From Pseudomonadota bacterium (lineage in GTDB: Bacteria > Verrucomicrobiota > Verrucomicrobiia > Limisphaerales > SXTU01): a stretch of 64,000 bases of DNA. The notes below the pieces were generated by a model. That model ran no database searches. It had not been told where the DNA came from and saw nothing but the letters and a program-made list of their open reading frames with translations. Below are positions 7,693 through 14,656 of this stretch, one piece after another. The translations under genes were made by a program, and so were the position numbers. The first letter of the stretch is position 1. Every line of letters starts with the position of its first letter. The stretch covers positions 30,006 to 94,005 of the forward strand of contig RFVF01000007.1 in the NCBI GenBank assembly GCA_009922615.1, written 5' to 3'.

Positions 7693-8634
7693 ATGTTCGA
7701 AAATTATTCGTTCCAAGTCCTGCGCCTCCGCTACATCGGGGGTGCTGCCACCGCCATCCCGTCGTTCCGGCCGGACGGCAAATCGCCGGCGGACATCGCG
7801 GCGATGGTTACCAGTGCCACCGCGCCCACCGGGCCACGCGGCAATTATGAAGCCGCCAAGGCCACGTTGGACCTGGCGCAAGGCGAGTTCGACGAGGACA
7901 TCGCCGAGGGTCACGCCGCCTGCGTGCAGGTGTATCCCATCATGAAGAGCCGCTACCGCACCGACCCCGGCAGCCTCTCCGCCATCAACTCGTTGCCCAC
8001 GGTGGACGAGTCGCCCAATGCCACCTACACCCGCCTCAAGGCCATCTCCACCTTGTGGGGCAAACTCCCCAACCCGCCCGGCTCCGCCACGCCCTTCAAG
8101 GCGTGGGATACCATGGACAAGGCGGCGTTCGACGCCTACCTCATCGCCCTCGAAGGCTCGGATGGGCCGCCCGTGGTGGTGGGCACGCTGGCGGCGAAGG
8201 CCAACGCGGAGTCTGCCTTCCAAGTCGCCGAGGGTGCCTTGCACACGGCGGAAGCGAGCATGGAGGACTTCACCACCAACGCCTTGATCCAAGGCCGCGC
8301 GCAGTTCCCGCCCGGCACGGCGAACCGGGAGGTGATTGATGCCATCCCCACCGCGCCCGCCACGCAGCCGCCCGGCCAGGCGGTGATCACCAACGCCAGT
8401 TCCCCCAGCGCGGGCGCGGCGCACTTCGACTACGATGCGCCGCACAGCACCAGTTGGGACGTGCTGCGCAAAGGGCCGGGCCAGCCGGCGTTCGTGAAGG
8501 TGGCCAACGACGTGATCGTGAAGAGTTACGACGCCACGGGCCTGCCCGCCGGCGCGTATGAGTTCAAGGTCATCGGCCGCAACTCCAAGGGCGACGGCCC
8601 GGAAAGCGCCGTGACCACGATCAACGTGGCGTAA
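7693..8634 (+). CDS. Hypothetical protein: two helical repeats plus C-terminal fibronectin type III-like domain, no signal peptide
   Basis: Strong host-like codon usage; A-rich leader; C-terminal YDATGLPAGAYEFKVIGRNSKGDGPES is an FN3 signature; two helical segments end in INSLPT and IDAIPT. Confidence 0.85.
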   Translation: MFENYSFQVLRLRYIGGAATAIPSFRPDGKSPADIAAMVTSATAPTGPRGNYEAAKATLDLAQGEFDEDIAEGHAACVQVYPIMKSRYRTDPGSLSAINSLPTVDESPNATYTRLKAISTLWGKLPNPPGSATPFKAWDTMDKAAFDAYLIALEGSDGPPVVVGTLAAKANAESAFQVAEGALHTAEASMEDFTTNALIQGRAQFPPGTANREVIDAIPTAPATQPPGQAVITNASSPSAGAAHFDYDAPHSTSWDVLRKGPGQPAFVKVANDVIVKSYDATGLPAGAYEFKVIGRNSKGDGPESAVTTINVA

Positions 8635-8653
8635 GGCGCAACCCGCCCTCAGC

Positions 8654-8720
8654 GTGACTCCTCGACTCCTCTCCCGCTCCCTTTGCGCCGCAAGGGGAGC
8701 GGGCCGGGTTGAGGGGTTGC
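8654..8720. repeat. REP-like GC-rich hairpin downstream of the FN3 gene
   Basis: CCCGCTCCCTTTGCG/CGCAAGGGGAGCGGG stem followed by CCGGGTTGAGGGG; similar to the 6646/6901 hairpins. Confidence 0.6.
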
Positions 8721-8776
8721 GTGCGCCGGCTCACGCCCCTGCCCGCGGACGGCGCACGCCGAGACCCCGGCTTGGG

Positions 8777-8889
8777 CTTAAAGCGGCACCTCTCATGAAG
8801 CTGCTCTCGCAAGCGAGCCTCCAGACGGGGCACCCACCGCTCAAAAAGGGTGCGGTATTTTTCGGTTCAATCGTAGTGCCGGTCGTCAT
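8777..8889 (-). pseudogene. intI: Truncated, frameshifted integron integrase 5' stub
   Basis: Minus-strand FERWVPRLEARLREQLHERCRFK resembles the IntI N-terminal SAM-like segment (PKLLDQVREVxRxKHYS). ATG at 8889 is one base out of frame, similarity stops before HYS, and it is divergent from the attC-bearing cassettes. Confidence 0.6.
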
Positions 8890-8912
8890 GGGTGGAACTC
8901 AGGAAATACTGC

Positions 8913-8940
8913 TGGACAGGCCAAAACCGGCCAATAATCT
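8913..8940 (+). promoter_or_regulatory. Pc-like cassette promoter
   Basis: TGGACA (8913-8918), 16-nt spacer, TAATCT (8935-8940), located between the intI stub and the first cassette. Confidence 0.4.
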
Positions 8941-8964
8941 GCCGCCATGTCCACCACCCGCTCC

Positions 8965-9005
8965 ACCTTGCTAGGCCGCAAACTGCGGTCGAATACCTGT
9001 TAGGC
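8965..9005 (+). other. Putative attI site
   Basis: Core GTTAGGC at 8999-9005, exactly complementary to R'' GCCTAAC of the following attC; imperfect direct repeat GCTAGGC at 8970-8976. Confidence 0.55.
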
Positions 9006-9019
9006 CACTTCGCACGCCC

Positions 9020-9517
9020 ATGCCAACTCTACCAGATCAGTTTCCGAAGATTGCACGCCAGCGAGCTCAGTCGCCCGACGTGTTGCGGCTGTTTGGGCAG
9101 TTGGAGGAGCGAGCGGAGGTGTTTGCCAGAATGCAGGACGAGTTCACAGAGATTATCGCGCTACACCGAGCCGCACGCGAGGGGCGTCCCGTCCGTCTTT
9201 CCGCTCGACAGCAGCGCATGTTGACTGAGTTCGACCGAGACGCGGAGCAGGCCGTGCGAGATATGGAGCGTCACACTTTCAGCATGGATGATGCAGCATT
9301 GTTGACGAGTGCGCTTTCTGGTGTGGAGCAGCAGATACAGCTCGATGAGCACATGCTTCCGGGATTTCACGCGGACGATCAGCCGATGGCCACGCAGTTA
9401 CTCGAATATCAGCGCGAGACGATGCTGTTGATTGAGCAGTTCGTGGCGTCGTCACCGTTCCGAGGCAGAGTCACATCTATTTGGCATGGCAAGAGAATCA
9501 CGAAACCAGTGGCCTAA
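9020..9517 (+). CDS. Gene cassette 1: hypothetical helical protein (165 aa)
   Basis: ATG 14 nt after GTTAGGC; stop TAA lies inside the R'' box GCCTAAC; codon usage differs from the host. Confidence 0.8.
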   Translation: MPTLPDQFPKIARQRAQSPDVLRLFGQLEERAEVFARMQDEFTEIIALHRAAREGRPVRLSARQQRMLTEFDRDAEQAVRDMERHTFSMDDAALLTSALSGVEQQIQLDEHMLPGFHADDQPMATQLLEYQRETMLLIEQFVASSPFRGRVTSIWHGKRITKPVA

Positions 9518-9619
9518 CACAGCGCTGGAGCCAACGCCGTTTACGCCTGGCAGTTTTCGCTGCGGGTTTCCGGTTGGCGGGAGTCACCGGCGGCGTGGCT
9601 CAGCTTTTGGTCGTTAGAC
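9512..9619 (+). mobile_element. attC site (intact-looking, 108 bp)
   Basis: R'' GCCTAAC ... GCTGGAGCCAACGCCG / CGGCGTGGCTCAGC arms with extrahelical bases ... R' GTTAGAC. Confidence 0.85.
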
Positions 9620-9650
9620 CACTCTGACGCACTTACCTAAACCCCACCCT

Positions 9651-9806
9651 ATGAATCAAAAGACTAACACCTTCCTGCTTCTAGTCTGCCTTGTTCTTCT
9701 GGTTGTCATTGCCGTCGGTGTCTGGACGCGCCCGTCACTAGACGACATTGACAAGCGAATCATGCACTGGGGCCAGCATTTCAGCGCCCAGCATCCGACC
9801 AAGTAG
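9651..9806 (+). CDS. Gene cassette 2: 51-aa single-pass membrane protein (below ORF-track cutoff)
   Basis: MNQKTNTFLLLVCLVLLVVIAVGVWTRPSLDDIDKRIMHWGQHFSAQHPTK; starts 31 nt after attC R'. Confidence 0.6.
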   Translation: MNQKTNTFLLLVCLVLLVVIAVGVWTRPSLDDIDKRIMHWGQHFSAQHPTK

Positions 9807-9934
9807 CGATGCCCTCGTTTCCACCGTCCGAGCCATACTCAGCCGGGAGGCTGCCCGGTTTGCGCCGCTCTCAGAGCTCGCAAAGACACGAACCGCCTCA
9901 CCCTGCGCTGCAGCGCACAGACTCCGCATCTCCC

Positions 9935-10611
9935 ATGAAAGCCAAATTGATAGGCCTCCTGTGCACCACGCTAGCGGGCTGCGCATTTGCTGCCGAAAGC
10001 GCGCCGAATGTGCTGACCGACAAGTCGCCACCAGCAAAGACCCACCCGCCCCCGGCGGCATCGTGTGCATCGGCAGTTCGCACATGCAGTTATGGAAGAC
10101 CGTGGCGGCGGACCTCGCACCCCTGACGGTCCACAACTACGGCGTCGGGGGCAGCCGCATGTCCCAGGCAGCGGATTTGTTCATCGACCATCTGGCGATT
10201 GCGTTCAAACCACGAGCGGTGATTCTCTACGAGGGCAGCAACGACATCTCCGCCGGCGGCAAGCCCGAGGATGTAGAGGCGAACTTCAAGAAGCTCCATC
10301 GGAAGTTGCACGCGGCCCTGCCGGAGACCCGGCTTTATGTCCTCGGCCTCGTGCCAAGCCCCGGCAAGCGATTCGACAAGATTGATGATGTGCGCAAGAC
10401 GAACGAACTACTGCGCAAGGAGTGCGAGACTCAGACGTGGATGAAGTTCATCGACACCACCACTCCGCTGCTCGGTGCGGACGGCCAGCCCAAGGCAGAG
10501 CTCTTCATCCCCGGCAACATCCACATGCTACCCGCCGGTTATGCCGTATGGAAATCGGTCATAGCTCCAGTGGTTGTTCCGGCCGAAAAGCCGTTTGAAC
10601 CCAACAGATGA
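9935..10611 (+). pseudogene. Secreted GDSL/SGNH hydrolase, frameshifted near 10030
   Basis: Signal peptide MKAKLIGLLCTTLAGCAFAAE is in one frame; the catalytic blocks (IGSSHM, YGVGGS, YEGSND, NIHM) are in another. Confidence 0.7.
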
Positions 10612-10620
10612 AGCACCATC

Positions 10621-10690
10621 ACCTGACCGAGTGCTGCTGCGCACGGCGGCGCGTCGCGTGTCCGCCATCGCGGAGCTTTTGTCGATAGGC
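10621..10690 (+). mobile_element. Degenerate attC site
   Basis: ACCTGAC (R''-like) CGAGTGCTGCTGCGCACGGCGG...CCGCCATCGCGGAGCTTTTGTC GATAGGC (R'-like). Confidence 0.6.
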
Positions 10691-10710
10691 CGCTTACACA
10701 AATCAACAAT

Positions 10711-10935
10711 ATGCAGACTCCATTCCCTCGAATCCTGACTGTCGCCATAAATTTTCTGGGCGTCACCGGTGGCATCCTGATCGGCTACGCGAGTGGTCTT
10801 TTCCACATGCTGGATATTGGCCGCGAAATCACAAAGGAGGCCATCACGCCGGCAGTTTGCTCAGGTATCACTTGTCTGATTCTTGCGGTGGGTCTCCTTG
10901 TATTCGGGCTAGTCATATATCGGAAGAAAGAGTGA
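10711..10935 (+). CDS. Cassette-like small two-TM membrane protein (74 aa)
   Basis: Two hydrophobic helices and a basic tail; ATG 20 nt after the R'-like box; followed by an ACTTAAC attC remnant at 10967. Confidence 0.7.
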   Translation: MQTPFPRILTVAINFLGVTGGILIGYASGLFHMLDIGREITKEAITPAVCSGITCLILAVGLLVFGLVIYRKKE

Positions 10936-11043
10936 GGGGAGGCAATCGAGAGATGAACTCAAAGCCACTTAACCCTGCGTTGCATCGACCGGCGGCGGGC
11001 CTGGTATCTGCCGTCGTCATTGGGCAACATTTAACGAGACACC

Positions 11044-12123
11044 ATGCGTAAGATACCCATTCTGTTGACGCTTTGCGGCTGGCTCATGGCCGGTGGAGCC
11101 GTTTCAACTGCCGCTGGTGAGAAAATGACCGCACCTGTGGGTGGCGCCAAATCAGGGGTATTCAATGTGCTTAGCTACGGGGCTGTGGCGGACGACAAGA
11201 CAGACAACACCGAAGCGTTTTCGACATGCTTGCAGGCAATGATCGGGGCGGGCGGCGGGCGGATGATGCTGCCCAATGGCGTCTATCGCGGACGCATCAT
11301 CATCCCCGGGACCAAGAATTGGATCACGATTGAAATCGCAGGCGAAAGCGAACCGACACCCGCATTTGGAACGATCGGATCATTCCCGTTGCAGAGTAAC
11401 GGCACGATCCTCAAGTGCCTCTCAGAGTCAGGCCAGTCCGTCGTCTCAGCGGCAAACACACCTGAGAGCCTATACGGGGGATTCTCAGGGATTAACGTAG
11501 TCATCCGGAATCTGGAGGTCCGCACCTATGACAATCCACGCATCGGCGGCATCGATCTGAAACACGCGGCGCAATGCAAGCTGGAGAACGTGTTTGTGAA
11601 CACTGGCCTATACAACGTGCAGGCTTCCCAACCAACTTACGGGACCTGCGGCGTGATTACGCCTGCCTGTAATAATGCTGCGCTCACAGTCCTTCGCAAT
11701 GTGGTTGTGACCGGGTATCACACCGGCATTCAGGTCAATGAACACACGGATGGGGACAACATCGTAGTGGCCTCCAATGTCAACGGCCTGGAATTCCTCC
11801 AAGCCCATCACGCCTCCCGCTTCGCCCGGGTCGGCACCTACCGCAACACCCATCATATCACCGTTTCCGGCAGGCACGGGTTTTCAATCGAACAGATGAA
11901 CACGGAGCAACCCGGCAAGGGGCAGACACACGCGGGAAATGCCTGGCAGACACTCGTCAGCGACATCAACGATCCCAGGAATCTAGGTATAGCCGACATC
12001 AACTACTGGGTGGTCGTTGGTAATCTAGGTGCAGTGGACCAATTTACCAAGAACGGCGGCGCCTCCATCCGGGCACGGAGGATTGGTTCCGTGCCAACCG
12101 CAGCCAAGAACGCACTGCCATAG
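11044..12123 (+). CDS. Secreted pectin-lyase-fold (Pectate_lyase_3 / GH28-related) beta-helix protein
   Basis: Signal peptide; FNVLSYGAVADDKTDNTEAF...GGGRMMLPNGVY motif; Asn/Val/Ile-rich beta-helix pattern. Confidence 0.75.
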   Translation: MRKIPILLTLCGWLMAGGAVSTAAGEKMTAPVGGAKSGVFNVLSYGAVADDKTDNTEAFSTCLQAMIGAGGGRMMLPNGVYRGRIIIPGTKNWITIEIAGESEPTPAFGTIGSFPLQSNGTILKCLSESGQSVVSAANTPESLYGGFSGINVVIRNLEVRTYDNPRIGGIDLKHAAQCKLENVFVNTGLYNVQASQPTYGTCGVITPACNNAALTVLRNVVVTGYHTGIQVNEHTDGDNIVVASNVNGLEFLQAHHASRFARVGTYRNTHHITVSGRHGFSIEQMNTEQPGKGQTHAGNAWQTLVSDINDPRNLGIADINYWVVVGNLGAVDQFTKNGGASIRARRIGSVPTAAKNALP

Positions 12124-12140
12124 TGAAGTAATAGCGCATT

Positions 12141-12233
12141 GTCCAACCACATCGCGGCAGCAAACTCGGCCATTGTGTCACCTATTGAATCGAGGCGGTC
12201 TGTGGGCCAAGTCCTAAGCTTGAGTCGTTAGCG
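12141..12233 (+). mobile_element. Degenerate attC site
   Basis: GTCCAAC (RYYYAAC) ... CTCGGCCA / TGGGCCAAG ... AAGCTTGAGTC GTTAGCG. Confidence 0.55.
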
Positions 12234-12330
12234 TATCTTTCGCCTGCCAGTCTCCCGCTGCCGTGGTCCGTCCGAGGTTTTTGTTCCCGGCTGACGCGGC
12301 TTCTGCCTAGATTGATCCAACATCTCCATC

Positions 12331-14628
12331 ATGAAGTGTTCTGGCTTTCTCTTCACGCAGTGGTTCGCCGCGCTTTGCCTCATTCCGCTGACGGCCATGC
12401 ACGCCTTCGCCGAGCCCGTCCTCGTGCGCAGCATCTCCGTCCTGCCGGACAAGGCGCCGGACTGTTCCTCGCTCAAGGCCATCGCCGCCAGCGTCACGCG
12501 CGGCTGCCAGTCCAACGACGAGAAGGCCATCGCGATCTACAACTTCATGCGGCTCTCGCACTACCACCGCGCCTATCCCAGCGAACCGGGCGGCGTGCCG
12601 GTCTTGAAGGAGATCAACACCTACGGCTGGAGCCTCTGTGGCGGCCTCCATGCCGAGCAGTCCGCCCTCTGGCGTGAGCTGGGCTGGAACTGGCGCTTCG
12701 TCGGCTGGCCCGGGCACACGACGGTCGAGGCCCACTATGACGGCCGCTGGCATTACCTCGATGTCTTCCTGAAGTTCTACGCGTGGATGCCCGATCCCAG
12801 CCGCCCCGGCGCCCGCACCATCGCCGGCCAGGACGACCTCGCCGCGAACCCGCGCGAACTCGTGCTCGACGCCTTCACGCTCGACCCCGCGCGCAAGGTC
12901 GTTTACGCGCGCGGCAATGAGTTCGATCTGCGCGGTGACAAAGCGAACTGGCAAGCCCCCGCCTTCCTCACCTGCGGCGACGCCTTGGCCGACGTAGTCG
13001 CGGGCGTGAAGGCCCGCAGCCGCGCCGGCTCGCCCGAGGGCTGGGCCGGCATGAACCACGCCACCGGCAACTACTCCGCCGACGTAAATCTCGCGCCGGG
13101 CTTCGCGCTCACCAGCTCGTGGGACAAGCGCGCCGACGCGTGGTATTGGCCCGGCTCCAAGACGCCGCCGTGCCACACCTGCGGCGACAAGGAGATCCGC
13201 AACTCACCCGAGAAAGGCCCCCTCGCCGAGCCGTATCTGACGAAGGACTGGACTTGCGAAAGCTACGCCAGCGGCGAACTCACCTTCCGTCCCGACTTCA
13301 CGAGTGATGCCTGCCTCCGCTCCTTCGCCAGCGTCGAGAACGCCAAAGTGGTCGGTGGCGCACTCGTCGCCACCGACCCCGCCCAGCCCGCGCGCGTCAC
13401 GATTCTCCTGCAATCCCCCTACGTCCTCACGCAAGCCGGCGGCACGGCTGAAGGCGTCGAGCGATGCGACGTGAGCACCGACGCCGGCAAGACCTGGAAG
13501 CCCGCGAGCTTCACCGACTTCGGCAAAGCGGTGAGCGGACAAGTCACCGCGCACGTTCGCCTCAGCTTCCGCACGCTCAAGCAACTGCGCCTCACCGCCA
13601 TCGTGCAAAACAACCCCTTCGCCCTGCCGTTCCTCTCGCCCGGCAAAAATCAAATCGCCGTCACCGTCGCCGACCCCACAGCCCTAGGCGAGAACCGCCT
13701 CGCCGTCACCTACGCCTACTGCCCCGGCGCGCGCAGCAAAACCTACGAGCAGCTCTTCCTCGAAGGCAAAGAGATTGCCCGCGCCCACGACGCGCGTTGG
13801 GACACCACGCCGACGGTGGTGCAAAAAACCTTCACCGCGCGCGACCTGCCCGCGAAGTTCGACCTCGACGTGCCCACGCCGAAAGGCCAGCAGCCGGTCT
13901 ATCCGCGCATGGTCTTCGTGCGCCGCGAAATCCTCGCGCCGGGCCAGTCCCCGCTGCCGCTCCCCGCCGACGCCCATCCCCCGCGCGCCAACGCGGGCGA
14001 CGAATTGAAGTCGCTCCCGAACCCCTTCCTGGTCGGCACGCAACTGCCCCCGCCGCGCGTCGTGCGCCCGCTCAAGACCACCAACATCCCGCTCGGCCCC
14101 ACGCACCTCGTGGCCAAGTCCGGCGAGGCCGTCGCCGGGAACCTCCTCCGCTGGCCCAAGACGCCGCAGGAAAAAGTAGAATCGGTCGCACTCTTCCTCA
14201 GCGGCGAGCTGCGCGGCCTCCCTCCGTTGAAGGAACTGGCCGCGGCGCGCATCGTCTTCCCCGCCGTCCGCACCCACGATAAGGCCCCGACCAAGCTCGG
14301 CGTGACCGCGCTGCGCACGCCCTTCGCTCCCCGGACGACCTTCGACTTCGGTCAACTCGGCGACGTGGTGAGCACTATCATTCTGCCGGCCCAACCCGCC
14401 GACGCGCCGTCGTGGAACCCCGCGCGCGAGTTCAAGCTCGACGTGACCCGCCACGTGCGTGCCCTGATTAACGGCGATGCGAAGTTCCGCGGCTACGCGT
14501 TGCGCATCGTGCCTGACCGCAGCGTGGACGACGGTTGGACTGTCCGCGTGCAGCTCCCCGAGCAGCCGCAGGTTTACCTCGAAGTGGACACCTACGCCGA
14601 CACTCCCGCGACTGCGAAGGCCAAGTGA
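12331..14628 (+). CDS. Large secreted protein with transglutaminase-like (Cys-His-Asp) N-terminal domain
   Basis: Signal peptide; SLCGG...GHTTVEAHYDGRWHYLD; beta-rich C-terminal modules. Confidence 0.65.
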   Translation: MKCSGFLFTQWFAALCLIPLTAMHAFAEPVLVRSISVLPDKAPDCSSLKAIAASVTRGCQSNDEKAIAIYNFMRLSHYHRAYPSEPGGVPVLKEINTYGWSLCGGLHAEQSALWRELGWNWRFVGWPGHTTVEAHYDGRWHYLDVFLKFYAWMPDPSRPGARTIAGQDDLAANPRELVLDAFTLDPARKVVYARGNEFDLRGDKANWQAPAFLTCGDALADVVAGVKARSRAGSPEGWAGMNHATGNYSADVNLAPGFALTSSWDKRADAWYWPGSKTPPCHTCGDKEIRNSPEKGPLAEPYLTKDWTCESYASGELTFRPDFTSDACLRSFASVENAKVVGGALVATDPAQPARVTILLQSPYVLTQAGGTAEGVERCDVSTDAGKTWKPASFTDFGKAVSGQVTAHVRLSFRTLKQLRLTAIVQNNPFALPFLSPGKNQIAVTVADPTALGENRLAVTYAYCPGARSKTYEQLFLEGKEIARAHDARWDTTPTVVQKTFTARDLPAKFDLDVPTPKGQQPVYPRMVFVRREILAPGQSPLPLPADAHPPRANAGDELKSLPNPFLVGTQLPPPRVVRPLKTTNIPLGPTHLVAKSGEAVAGNLLRWPKTPQEKVESVALFLSGELRGLPPLKELAAARIVFPAVRTHDKAPTKLGVTALRTPFAPRTTFDFGQLGDVVSTIILPAQPADAPSWNPAREFKLDVTRHVRALINGDAKFRGYALRIVPDRSVDDGWTVRVQLPEQPQVYLEVDTYADTPATAKAK

Positions 14629-14656
14629 GTTGACCGGCAAACTTCTGAGCGCTCGT

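Noticed and set aside
6200-12300. Retron/DGR, prophage or intact transposon
   Set aside because: No reverse transcriptase, phage structural gene, transposase or complete integrase is recognisable.
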